Made by a program: the position numbers and the translations under genes. The notes under the pieces are model-generated. The model saw only the letters and a program-made list of their open reading frames with translations. It was not told where the DNA came from and did not search any database. A DNA stretch of 64,000 nucleotides from an uncultured Alphaproteobacteria bacterium (GTDB lineage Bacteria > Pseudomonadota > Alphaproteobacteria > RF32 > CAG-239): contig CAKQPS010000001.1 in the NCBI GenBank assembly GCA_934270475.1, positions 42,480-106,479 of the forward strand. Reading direction: 5' to 3'. How positions within the stretch are numbered: position 1 is the first letter of the stretch; each line of letters begins with the position of its first letter. This document shows positions 19,696 to 28,986 of the stretch, piece after piece.

Positions 19696-20178
19696 ATGCC
19701 TCAATTAGACTTATCTACATTTGCCTCGCAGGCTTTTTGGATGGTTATCAGTTTTAGTTTGCTTTGGTTTTTGATGGCAATGTTCATTACGCCGAAAATA
19801 ACTGATGTTTTAGAACAGCGCAAACGCAAGATTGACGACTATATCATTAAAGCCGAAAAATTAAACCAACAGGCTAAAACTTCGTTGGAAAAATATGAGC
19901 AGGCTTTGAATGACGCTAAAGCAAAAGCTGCGGCAGATATTGCGGCGTGCCAAAAAGAATCAGCGGCTTATTTGGCGGCTGAACAAAAATTGCTGAATGA
20001 ACGTCTCAACAAGCAAATTGCCGAAAGCGAATTTAAATTGGCGACAGAAAAAAAGGAAACTTTGCAGCAAATTGAGCAACTGTCACAAAATTTGGCTTTT
20101 GACATTGTGCAAAAACTGGGATTTTTGCATATCAGCAAAGAAGACGTGCAAAAAGCAGCTCACAAAGGAAATGACTGA
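19696..20178 (+). CDS. atpF2: F0F1 ATP synthase subunit b'
   Basis: GAGGGAG RBS then ATG at 19696; single N-terminal TM plus a long coiled-coil; its position in the operon. Confidence 0.7.
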   Translation: MPQLDLSTFASQAFWMVISFSLLWFLMAMFITPKITDVLEQRKRKIDDYIIKAEKLNQQAKTSLEKYEQALNDAKAKAAADIAACQKESAAYLAAEQKLLNERLNKQIAESEFKLATEKKETLQQIEQLSQNLAFDIVQKLGFLHISKEDVQKAAHKGND

Positions 20179-20834
20179 TGGCAGAAGAACTTATATATAA
20201 TTCAGCAAATGATGAGACTGTCAACGCTATTCCCAACGGCAATGATTTGATTGACGCAACCCAAAACGCTATTATTGACGCAGCGGAAAATGTGTCGGAA
20301 GTATTTGATAAAGCAAATCCTGATGTTGCTCAGCAAATTGCCGATGTTCCGTTTTATGCCGATGTGGAATTTTGGGTCGGCATGGCGTTTATTCTTTCAG
20401 TGCTGGTTTTGGCTAAGCCAGCTTGCCGATTTTTAAAAAAGGCAATGCACGGCAAAATTGACTCGGTAAAACAACAAATTTCCGATGCTGAAAAATTACG
20501 CGATGATGCCCAAGAGCTTTTGGCTCAATATGAACGCAAATTTGCAACAACAGAAACTGAGGTGGCGGAAATTTTAAAACAAGCCGAGAAGAATATTGCT
20601 AATCAAAAGAAAAATGATTTAGCTGCTTTGAAGGAAAACACCGCAGTAAAAGAAAAAGAAATAAAACGCCGCATTGCCACTTCTACTGAAAATGCTATGG
20701 CGGAAATAAATCAGTCGGTAGCACATTCTGCAGTTGGTTTGGCGCAAAAAGCAATAAAAGAATACATCAACAAAGCAGATAAAAGCTCATTGATTGACAA
20801 TGCTCTTGCTGGTTTGGATAAGTTTGTAAAATAA
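20178..20834 (+). CDS. atpF: F0F1 ATP synthase subunit b
   Basis: TM segment plus Ala/Lys/Glu-rich coiled-coil; overlaps the b' stop (ATGA). Confidence 0.75.
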   Translation: MAEELIYNSANDETVNAIPNGNDLIDATQNAIIDAAENVSEVFDKANPDVAQQIADVPFYADVEFWVGMAFILSVLVLAKPACRFLKKAMHGKIDSVKQQISDAEKLRDDAQELLAQYERKFATTETEVAEILKQAEKNIANQKKNDLAALKENTAVKEKEIKRRIATSTENAMAEINQSVAHSAVGLAQKAIKEYINKADKSSLIDNALAGLDKFVK

Positions 20835-20851
20835 GTCTTATAACCTTTCCC

Positions 20852-20896
20852 TAAAAATCCTAAGAATTGCTGCAGCGCTTTTTAGGATTTTTATTT
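20852..20896 (+). terminator. atp operon terminator: 12-bp stem (TAAAAATCCTAA...TTAGGATTTTTA) with an 18-nt loop that itself contains the GCTGCAGC palindrome
   Basis: Inverted repeat seen 17 nt after the atpF stop, followed by a T-rich run. Confidence 0.5.
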
Positions 20897-20925
20897 AAAT
20901 CTATACATTTATATCAATGAAATTC

Positions 20926-21040
20926 CACCAGCTTACACAGGTGGTGTCATTTTAGGATTGTCTACATCCACCTGCTCACGCAGGTAGTGTTATATCCGAA
21001 TCATAAAGAAAACTCCATCTGCTTAAAACAGACGGAGTTC
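20926..21040. repeat. Cluster of three similar short hairpins (CCACC..GGTGG, ACCTGC-tcac-GCAGGT, CTCCATCTG..CAGACGGAG) in the atpF/fba convergent intergenic region
   Basis: Inverted repeats read directly from the sequence; similar arm sequences (CACCwGC/CAGGTGG). Confidence 0.4.
21014..21038 (-). terminator. Hairpin plus U-run terminator for fba (minus strand)
   Basis: CTCCATCTG-cttaaaa-CAGACGGAG; on the minus strand it is followed by TTTTCTTTAT. Confidence 0.4.
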
Positions 21041-21063
21041 TCAAAATTAAAGCCGAAAAGCTA

Positions 21064-22113
21064 TTATAATTCGCCGGCAGCGTATCTTTGTGCCATATCA
21101 GACAATTTGATAGCTTTAATTTGATCAGCGTGACCAGCTGCGCCAAAGGCAATATAACGAGCTTCGCAAACTTTCTGCATTTCTTCAATGGCAGGTTTCA
21201 AATATTTACGAGGGTCAAACTCCTTCGGATTTTCCATAAAGAAACGACGGATAGCACCGGTGATAGCCATACGGGAATCGGTATCTACGTTAACTTTGCG
21301 AACGCCGGATTTAATACCGCGGACAATTTCTTCTACAGGAACGCCGTAGGTTTGAGGAATAGCACCGCCGTAAGCGTTGATTAAATCTTGCAATTCTTGC
21401 GGAACAGAAGAAGAACCGTGCATTACCAAGTGGGTGTTAGGCAATTTGGCATGGATTTTTTCAATTACATCAATAGCCAAAATGTCGCCGTCCGGTTTAC
21501 GAGTGAATTTGTAAGCGCCGTGAGAAGTACCAACAGCCACAGCCAAAGCGTCCAAATGAGTCAAAGCCACAAATTCAGCAGCTTCATCAGGATCGGTTAC
21601 CAAGCGTTTTCTATCTAATTTACCTTCAGCTCCGTGACCGTCTTCTTTGTCAGCTTTACCGGTTTCCAAAGAACCAATAACACCCAGCTCGCCTTCAACA
21701 GAAGCGCCGACAGCGTGAGCACGAGCTACAACTTCTTGAGTTACGCGAACGTTATATTCAAATGAAGCCGGAGTTTTGCCGTCAGCTTCCAAAGAACCGT
21801 CCATCATTACAGAGCTGTAACCGTTAACAATAGCAGATTGGCAAATATTTACCGAAGCGCCGTGATCTTGGTGCAAGCAAATCGGCAATTCAGGAAACAT
21901 CTCGATACCAGCCATAACCATATGACGCATCATTGGGTCGCCGGCAAATTTACGAGCACCGGTAGAGGTTTGCAAAATAACCGGAGCGTTTACTTTTTTA
22001 GCAGCTTGCAATACAGCTAAAATTTGTTCCATATCGTTTACGTTGAAAGCCGGAACACCATATCCGTGTTCTGCCGCATGGTCAAGGATTTGACGCATAG
22101 ATACTAAAGGCAT
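21064..22113 (-). CDS. fba: Fructose-bisphosphate aldolase class II
   Basis: 349 aa; colinear with class II FbaA (SVRQILDHA..., metal-binding His residues, HGSSS region). Confidence 0.9.
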   Translation of the reverse strand: MPLVSMRQILDHAAEHGYGVPAFNVNDMEQILAVLQAAKKVNAPVILQTSTGARKFAGDPMMRHMVMAGIEMFPELPICLHQDHGASVNICQSAIVNGYSSVMMDGSLEADGKTPASFEYNVRVTQEVVARAHAVGASVEGELGVIGSLETGKADKEDGHGAEGKLDRKRLVTDPDEAAEFVALTHLDALAVAVGTSHGAYKFTRKPDGDILAIDVIEKIHAKLPNTHLVMHGSSSVPQELQDLINAYGGAIPQTYGVPVEEIVRGIKSGVRKVNVDTDSRMAITGAIRRFFMENPKEFDPRKYLKPAIEEMQKVCEARYIAFGAAGHADQIKAIKLSDMAQRYAAGEL

Positions 22114-22323
22114 TTTTTTCTCCTTAAAAAGTTAAGTTTTATAACTGCCTAAAATATATGCAATTTCTATTTTTTTGCAAGCATTTTGTTTGTCTTTATT
22201 CGGCTTTTTTAGTTAGCACTTTCTTAAAAAAAATAAGATAAACAAATAAATATTGCAATTTATGCTAAATAAGCGCATCATATATGCAGAAGTGTCTTTT
22301 TAATCAGTCAGAGGAAAACTTAT

Positions 22324-23058
22324 ATGAAAAAACAAAGTGAAATTGAAAAATTTTCTGAAAATATTAAAAAGTTAATCAACTATTTTAAAAGCGAAGAATT
22401 ATCAGATGAGAAATTTAATGAGCTCCTCGTACGCAGAAATAAAATAAATTTAAGCAGCATTGAGCAACTTTTAAACAAATTGGAAACAACAAATAATCCG
22501 GAGACTAAAGATTTAATTAAACTAAGTCGCTTAGATAGAAAAGCCGAATATTATAAAGATATTTTGGATAATCCGAAGATGTTTCAGCAAAAAAAACGCT
22601 TCCGCGATTTTTCACACAAAATTGCCGTATTGAAAAACTCTTTTAAAAGAAAACACCCCTATATTTATAAAATTGCTGCCGTGGTCGCTAAAACTGTTTC
22701 TTTTACGGTCGGCGCCATAGGTTCTATGTTTATGGCTGGCGCATCTCCGGAAATTGCCTCGGCTCAAACCGGTAGAAGCGGAGCAGAAAATGCTTATGAA
22801 GCTGAAAGAATCAAACTCAAGTACAAGCTGGATAGAAAAGGGAACAGCCGTTCCGAAGCATCAGAACCATCGGAAAAAAATTCATCTTTGAAAGAAATAT
22901 TGTCGCAAGACAGTGCAAATCATCATAGCTTAAATCGTATCAAAACTAAATTAAATAGCAAACCACTACAGGAAGACGTCCAGAAGCCGCAAATCAGCGA
23001 AAAAACAAAAAATCCGACGCAGAATACTCATATTTCAAGAGGTACACGAGAGATATAG
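22324..23058 (+). CDS. Hypothetical Lys/Ser-rich protein with one central hydrophobic segment
   Basis: 244-aa ORF with a 210-bp AT-rich upstream region; no recognisable domain. Confidence 0.45.
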   Translation: MKKQSEIEKFSENIKKLINYFKSEELSDEKFNELLVRRNKINLSSIEQLLNKLETTNNPETKDLIKLSRLDRKAEYYKDILDNPKMFQQKKRFRDFSHKIAVLKNSFKRKHPYIYKIAAVVAKTVSFTVGAIGSMFMAGASPEIASAQTGRSGAENAYEAERIKLKYKLDRKGNSRSEASEPSEKNSSLKEILSQDSANHHSLNRIKTKLNSKPLQEDVQKPQISEKTKNPTQNTHISRGTREI

Positions 23059-23101
23059 TTATTAAACGCCCGGTATACTTAATTTTTATCAGGCGTTTGT
23101 T

Positions 23102-24838
23102 CTATTTATCAAAATTTTGCAGGCAATAAAATTTGTAATATGCTCCTTTGCGGGCTAAAAGGTCATCATGCGAACCCTGTTCCACAATTTTACCTTTATC
23201 CATAACCACCAATGAATCCATTTCTTTCAAAGTGGAAAGACGATGAGCGATAGCGATAACCGTTTTGCCTTTCATCAATTTTTTGAGCGATTGCTGAATA
23301 TAGTTTTCGCTTTGGCTGTCCAGCGCCGATGTTGCCTCGTCCAAAATCAGAATCGGGGCATTTTTCAGAATAGCACGGGCAATCGCTATGCGCTGGCGTT
23401 CGCCTCCCGAAAGCAGTACACCGCGCTCACCGACTTTGCTGTCATAACCTTCCGGCAGCTGCTTTATAAACTCATCAGCAAATGCTTGTTTTGCGGCAGC
23501 TTCCACTTCCGCATCGGTTGCGTCTAAACGCCCATAGCGGATATTTTCGCGAATCGTGCGATTAAACAAGGTGGTGTCTTGCGGAATCACGGCTATCTGC
23601 GCCCGCAGGCTCTCTTGGCGGACTTTGGCAATATCTTCGCCACCAACCGTAATTTTTCCGCCGCAAACATCAAAATAGCGCACCAGCAGTTTAATCAATG
23701 TGGATTTACCGCTGCCGGAATGTCCTACTAATCCAACTTTTTGCCCTGATTTTATCTTCAGCGAAAACTTGTTGAATAAATTTTCCTTCTGCGGATAGCA
23801 AAAATCTATGTTGGCAAAACTGATAGAGCGATTGCGCATTTTGATATTATGAGCGTCCGGCGCGTCTTGCACCAAACAAGGCTGAAAAATCAAATTCAAC
23901 CCGTCTTTAACCTGCCCGTAAGACTGGGAAAATTCACTGACAAAAAAGCCGATATTGATAACATCAAACATTACACCGTTCAGCAATGACGTTGCCATCA
24001 CCACATCGGCAAAGCCGATTTTTTGCAGATACCAATAATAAAAAACCGCCAAGCACGAGGCCATATAGGTTAAAGCAAAACATAATTTTCCTTCAAAATC
24101 AAACCACGCGTCCTTTGTACGTTCGGCTTGTTCGGCTTTGACCGCAGTTTTCAGCACCTTATAAAAATGCTTTTTTTCGTACAGATAATTGGCAAAACTC
24201 TTAACCAAATCCGAATTGGTAACCGTATCAATAAAAACGCCGTCTGTTTCTGCTCCAAATCTGGCTCTCTTTTCGGAAAATGAGCCTATTCTTTTGCGAA
24301 TATAGATCATAAGCAGCATGAAAATCATATTCAATAAAAAGATTATCAACCCTAATTTCAAATTAGAGTAACATATCAAAAACATAGTAACAAACAGTCC
24401 GCCTACAGGGCGTATAACGCCAAACACTATTTGTCCATAGATGTCTTTAATTCCGGAAACGATATTTTTGGTTTTTGACGCAATTTTACCGGTCATTTCT
24501 TCATTAAAAAAACGAATTGAATGATGGTGAACCACAACAAAAATATCTTTATAAACCAGACTGCAAAAATATGGCATAAACTTTCCGGCCGTGTAGCGCC
24601 AAATATACAAAGCAAGCCCTTCTAACACCAACATTGCCGCCAGCAATCCGATAAACAGCAAAATCTGCGTTAAAACGGCGTTATTGTCAGCGTATTTCGG
24701 CAAATAGCCTATAACCTGCGACATTGCATAAATTTGTCCGCGTTCGGCAATAATACGGACAATAAGCGCCACCAAAATAATCGACGCCATTAATTTTGTT
24801 TTGCGTAAATAATTGAATATAAAGCCAAATACGCTCAT
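23102..24838 (-). CDS. ABC transporter permease/ATP-binding protein (MsbA/exporter type)
   Basis: N-terminal 6-TM domain; Walker A GHSGSGKST, signature LSGGERQR, Walker B ILILDEATS. Confidence 0.85.
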   Translation of the reverse strand: MSVFGFIFNYLRKTKLMASIILVALIVRIIAERGQIYAMSQVIGYLPKYADNNAVLTQILLFIGLLAAMLVLEGLALYIWRYTAGKFMPYFCSLVYKDIFVVVHHHSIRFFNEEMTGKIASKTKNIVSGIKDIYGQIVFGVIRPVGGLFVTMFLICYSNLKLGLIIFLLNMIFMLLMIYIRKRIGSFSEKRARFGAETDGVFIDTVTNSDLVKSFANYLYEKKHFYKVLKTAVKAEQAERTKDAWFDFEGKLCFALTYMASCLAVFYYWYLQKIGFADVVMATSLLNGVMFDVINIGFFVSEFSQSYGQVKDGLNLIFQPCLVQDAPDAHNIKMRNRSISFANIDFCYPQKENLFNKFSLKIKSGQKVGLVGHSGSGKSTLIKLLVRYFDVCGGKITVGGEDIAKVRQESLRAQIAVIPQDTTLFNRTIRENIRYGRLDATDAEVEAAAKQAFADEFIKQLPEGYDSKVGERGVLLSGGERQRIAIARAILKNAPILILDEATSALDSQSENYIQQSLKKLMKGKTVIAIAHRLSTLKEMDSLVVMDKGKIVEQGSHDDLLARKGAYYKFYCLQNFDK

Positions 24839-25785
24839 TCCAGTTCCTTACGGCGTTTCTTTAGCTTTGTAAGTTTTTCACTGACATTACCGGTATCACG
24901 TCCGGTTTTAGCCAAGCGGTCATACATACGGCTGATTTCTTTTTCCAAATAAGCGGTTTCTATTTCATTACGCAAAACGGTCCGTTCCTGATAAGTACCA
25001 GATGTGTTGATTTGATGCATTTTTTCAATACAATCTTCCACTTCTAGATTATAGCTCAGTTTCTGTTTAATAAAATACGGCAATTCATAAACCAGCTGAC
25101 GCGCATTGGCATAAGCTTCCTGCCCGTCCGCACACTTGATGTAGCGCTTTTTCAAAAGGCGGAAAGCAATTTCCAGCTCCTCATTATTATCCACCACAAT
25201 AAACGGCACCGGATTGGCGAATCCCTCTTGAGCAATGTATTTCAAAAACTCCAGCAAGTGATGGAAAAAGCCGTTAATGTTATATATGATAAACGGCTTC
25301 ATCGGCAGCATACCGTCCTGCATTGCCACGCAGTCATAAGCAAGCTCGTCCAAAGTACCAACTCCCCCTGGGGCAAAAACCACAAAGTCGGACTCTAAAA
25401 GCTTTTGCTTGCGCTCTTCCAAGGTTTTGGCAACCACAATATCCATTTTGTTAATAAGCTCATCGTCATTCGGATATAAATCAAAATATTTTTTGGTCGT
25501 AATGCCCTGAATCGGCGAACCTTCCAGCTTACATTGGCGCTTGTTCCAGCCGTCCAGCACGCCTTTGGCAACTGCGCCCATAATACCGCTGTTAGACAAG
25601 CCAAAATCCAGCTTAAACTCCATTTTGACTATTTTTTTACCCAAATTATACGCCTCTTGCGCATAAGCCGTATCATTACCAGAACGAGAGCCGCCGGCAA
25701 CAAACACTCGGATACCCTCTTCTTTGTTGGCCTCCTTAAAACTTTGGATTACTTTTTCTTCAACATTACAGGTTTGTTCTTCCAT
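24835..25785 (-). CDS. LOG-family (TIGR00730-like) nucleotide-binding protein with an extra ~120-aa C-terminal extension
   Basis: PGGVGTLDEL motif and Rossmann-like core; start and stop overlap neighbours (tgt ...ABC) indicating an operon. Confidence 0.65.
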   Translation of the reverse strand: MEEQTCNVEEKVIQSFKEANKEEGIRVFVAGGSRSGNDTAYAQEAYNLGKKIVKMEFKLDFGLSNSGIMGAVAKGVLDGWNKRQCKLEGSPIQGITTKKYFDLYPNDDELINKMDIVVAKTLEERKQKLLESDFVVFAPGGVGTLDELAYDCVAMQDGMLPMKPFIIYNINGFFHHLLEFLKYIAQEGFANPVPFIVVDNNEELEIAFRLLKKRYIKCADGQEAYANARQLVYELPYFIKQKLSYNLEVEDCIEKMHQINTSGTYQERTVLRNEIETAYLEKEISRMYDRLAKTGRDTGNVSEKLTKLKKRRKELE

Positions 25786-25788
25786 ATT

Positions 25789-26913
25789 TTACAGCTCCTC
25801 TATATCACCTTTTGCCTGATTAGCGTAAAATTCGGCGGCAAATTCTGAAAGTGTGTCATTTTTAATGGCAGCACGCAATCCCTGCATCAAACGTTCATAG
25901 TAGCGAATGTTATGCCATGTAAGCAGCATAATTCCCAAAACTTCATTGCATTTTTGCAAATGGTGGATATAGGCGCGGCTGTAATGCGTGCACAACGGGC
26001 AGTCGCAGCCTTCCTCTAGCGGGCGGGGATCTTCGCGGTGGCGGGCGTTACGGATATTTATCGGTCCGTATTTGGTAAATGCCTGCGCCGTGCGTCCGGA
26101 GCGGGTCGGCATAACGCAGTCAAACATATCAACGCCGCGCAAAACCGCACCGACAATATCGTCAGGGCGTCCTACACCCATTAGATAACGCGGCTTATCT
26201 TCCGGCAGCATATTGGGAGCATAATCCAAAACCTCAAACATTTTTTCCTGCCCCTCGCCGATTGCCAATCCGCCGATAGCGTAGCCGTCAAAACCGATTT
26301 CACGCAAGGCTTTTGCAGATTCTTCCCGCAAATCTTTATAGACATTGCCCTGTTGAATGCCAAAAATACCATACCCTTCACGGTCAACAAATGCTTCTTT
26401 GCTGCGTTTTGCCCAACGCATAGACATCCGCATAGACTTGGCGCAGGTTTCATAGGTTGAAGGATATGGCGTACATTCATCCAAGCACATGGTAATATTC
26501 GAATCCAATTTATGTTGAATTTTCATGGACTCTTCCGGACTTAAAAAGAACTTTTTGCCGTCAACATGCGAACGGAAAGTTACACCTTCTTCTGTTAATT
26601 TGCGCAGACCGCTCAGACTCATAACCTGAAAACCGCCGGAATCGGTCAAAATCGGCTTATTCCAATTCATAAATTTGTGCAGTCCGCCCATTTTTTCAAC
26701 TAAATCTGCCCCCGGACGCAGCATTAAATGATAGGTATTGCCCAATAAAATTTCCGCGCCCGTTGCCGCAACGCTTTCCGACATCATGGCTTTAACCGTA
26801 CCGCAGGTTCCCACCGGCATAAACGCAGGCGTATTTACCACGCCGTGTTTGGTGATTAAGCGTCCTAAACGGCTTTTGCCGACTTTTTTATCAATTTCGA
26901 ATTTCAGTCCCAT
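25789..26913 (-). CDS. tgt: Queuine tRNA-ribosyltransferase
   Basis: 374 aa; Zn site CDCPLCTHY...H; conserved Asp-containing TIM barrel. Confidence 0.9.
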   Translation of the reverse strand: MGLKFEIDKKVGKSRLGRLITKHGVVNTPAFMPVGTCGTVKAMMSESVAATGAEILLGNTYHLMLRPGADLVEKMGGLHKFMNWNKPILTDSGGFQVMSLSGLRKLTEEGVTFRSHVDGKKFFLSPEESMKIQHKLDSNITMCLDECTPYPSTYETCAKSMRMSMRWAKRSKEAFVDREGYGIFGIQQGNVYKDLREESAKALREIGFDGYAIGGLAIGEGQEKMFEVLDYAPNMLPEDKPRYLMGVGRPDDIVGAVLRGVDMFDCVMPTRSGRTAQAFTKYGPINIRNARHREDPRPLEEGCDCPLCTHYSRAYIHHLQKCNEVLGIMLLTWHNIRYYERLMQGLRAAIKNDTLSEFAAEFYANQAKGDIEEL

Positions 26914-26925
26914 ATCATATTACCC

Positions 26926-28080
26926 TTATCTTACGTGTGAACGAGGTGGAATAGGATTGCCCATTCCTTTTTCTAAATTTTTTCTTTTTACATATCCGGC
27001 TTCGCCGTTGTCAATGATAATTTTGAACCAAACTTTATCCGGAGTATAGCCGACAACCCGCACGGTTTGCCCTTCGACGCCTTCTTTTAAAACATCATAA
27101 CGGCTGTCCGGTCCGTAATAAATTTTTCCGGCTTTTTTAAGATGAAAAATATAGCTGTCGTCGCTTTTATCGCCGTCAACTTTGATTATGCGGCTTTCAA
27201 TTTGGTCATCTGCCACGCGGACGCCGCCGATTTCCATTTCTTTATAATAACTTGTGTTGGAATGATGAGGCAAATTAACCAATCCGATTTTTCCCATTAA
27301 GAAAACGGCATAAACAGCTGCCACCGCGGCTAAAAATACCGGCAGTAATAATTGACGCAGCCTTAATTCCGCCGCCGACCATTTAGGTAAAGCAACGGCT
27401 TTTTGAGGGTGATAGTCCAAATTATCAATAAATTTCTGCAGCAAAGCATTTTCACGGCTGTTCTGTTTGGTCATCAGCTGCGCCTGCTTGGCATAAATCC
27501 ATGCCAGCTCCTTGCAGTCGGCGTTTTCATATGCCGCGGCGTTGTGCACCAGCAATTTTAAGTTATCTTCATCATTTGCCTGCACGGAATTATAATTAAA
27601 TTTGAGCGCAGCAAGATTTTCGCGAAAAGCTTTTATTCCCCACCAGCCACGCAGCCAATTTGACGCCGAAGTAGAAAGCACCATATCTTTTGCCTCGGCA
27701 TAATTGCAGATATCTTTGGTTTCTTTTTTGTTAAAACCACTGAAAAACGCCGTTATACGCCGCTGTTTCAAAACCCGCAGTGCCGCGTCGTCTTTGCCTT
27801 TTTGATTTTTATAGGCATTCAGCGAATCCATATCAGGAAAATCTTTTTCATTATAAACTATCGACAACAAATCGTATCTCAAGCGCTTTTCCGGAGACTT
27901 CAGCACATTATATGCCACGGAAATTTTTTGGAAAATCTCTACTGCATTGGCATCGTTGTTGTGATCAGGATGCCAATATTTGGCACGGTCGTAATATTGC
28001 CGTTTGATTAACGACAATGGAGCGTCAGGTAAAACTTCCAGCACTTTGTAGTAACCTTTAGCATCAAAATCCGTGCTCAT
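26926..28080 (-). CDS. Membrane-anchored J-domain protein with a C-terminal SH3-like/beta domain
   Basis: N-terminal J domain (YYKVLEV...HPDHN variant of HPD), one central TM segment, C-terminal beta-rich domain. Confidence 0.6.
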   Translation of the reverse strand: MSTDFDAKGYYKVLEVLPDAPLSLIKRQYYDRAKYWHPDHNNDANAVEIFQKISVAYNVLKSPEKRLRYDLLSIVYNEKDFPDMDSLNAYKNQKGKDDAALRVLKQRRITAFFSGFNKKETKDICNYAEAKDMVLSTSASNWLRGWWGIKAFRENLAALKFNYNSVQANDEDNLKLLVHNAAAYENADCKELAWIYAKQAQLMTKQNSRENALLQKFIDNLDYHPQKAVALPKWSAAELRLRQLLLPVFLAAVAAVYAVFLMGKIGLVNLPHHSNTSYYKEMEIGGVRVADDQIESRIIKVDGDKSDDSYIFHLKKAGKIYYGPDSRYDVLKEGVEGQTVRVVGYTPDKVWFKIIIDNGEAGYVKRKNLEKGMGNPIPPRSHVR

Positions 28081-28930
28081 CTACAGTTCCTTTCAGCCAT
28101 AACTTTTTGGCTATATTCATTATATCTTCCGCCGCCTCCGAGTTTGGATAGCGATTCAGGAGCAAAACATGGTTCCTTATGGCGTCGCGCACGCGGGTAT
28201 CGCGGCGGACTACTCCCAGCAAACGAGGAGTTGACGACATATATTGCTCGCAGGCATGCCGCAGCGTGTCATAGGTTCTTATTCCCTCTTCATAAGAATT
28301 AGCATAGTTTATTAAAATTTGCAAACTCTTATATGGAATGTTCCGCCCGCTCTTTTGCAAAAAATCATAGGTTGAAACCACGCTTGCCGGTTCGCCGGTG
28401 CAAATTAAAATTATATTCGCAGGAGGCAGCAAATTAGACAAGACTTTTTCAGAAGATGACAAATCTATAACCACTTCATTATAATTTTGCGCCAGCAAAG
28501 CCAAATCTTCACGCATAATCTGCAATCGTCCGGTGGGCACGCTTTCCAGCAAATCACTGCCGACTACGCCGCTGATTACATCAAACTTTTTTTTGTTTAC
28601 AGGCGTCACTGCCTGATTTAGGGTAATTTTTCCGTCAATAACTTCATTAAGGTAATGCTTATAGTCTAAATCAAGCTGAAAATCAGTGTTTAGCAAACCA
28701 TTGTCAGCATCAAACAGCAAAACGCTTTTATGCAGCAAATTCAAGGCATGAGCCAGCGTTATGGATATCCAAGTTTTTCCGGTGCCGCCCAAGCCCGACA
28801 CCACCGCCGTAACCGAAACTTGAGGCGTTAAAAATAAGTTTTTAGCAAATTTTATATTATCCTGATTTATCATCTTGTACTTTTCTATTTTTGTTATTAT
28901 GATAGTGGCAAATTTATTGTTTTCTTGCAA
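28064..28930 (-). CDS. MinD/ParA/FlhG-family P-loop ATPase
   Basis: Deviant Walker A VVSGLGGTGKTWIS and LLFDADNG; overlaps the J-domain gene start by 17 bp. Confidence 0.5.
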   Translation of the reverse strand: MQENNKFATIIITKIEKYKMINQDNIKFAKNLFLTPQVSVTAVVSGLGGTGKTWISITLAHALNLLHKSVLLFDADNGLLNTDFQLDLDYKHYLNEVIDGKITLNQAVTPVNKKKFDVISGVVGSDLLESVPTGRLQIMREDLALLAQNYNEVVIDLSSSEKVLSNLLPPANIILICTGEPASVVSTYDFLQKSGRNIPYKSLQILINYANSYEEGIRTYDTLRHACEQYMSSTPRLLGVVRRDTRVRDAIRNHVLLLNRYPNSEAAEDIMNIAKKLWLKGTVDEHGF

Positions 28931-28986
28931 ATGATTAAAACCTTTTTAACACAATTTATTTATCATTATTGCAGAAAGAATAAGGA

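Noticed and set aside
20926-21040. Hairpin cluster as a MITE or IS remnant
   Set aside because: No terminal inverted repeats with target-site duplication and no transposase fragment. The hairpins are adequately explained as convergent terminators, though a small REP-like family is not excluded (kept as a low-interest finding).
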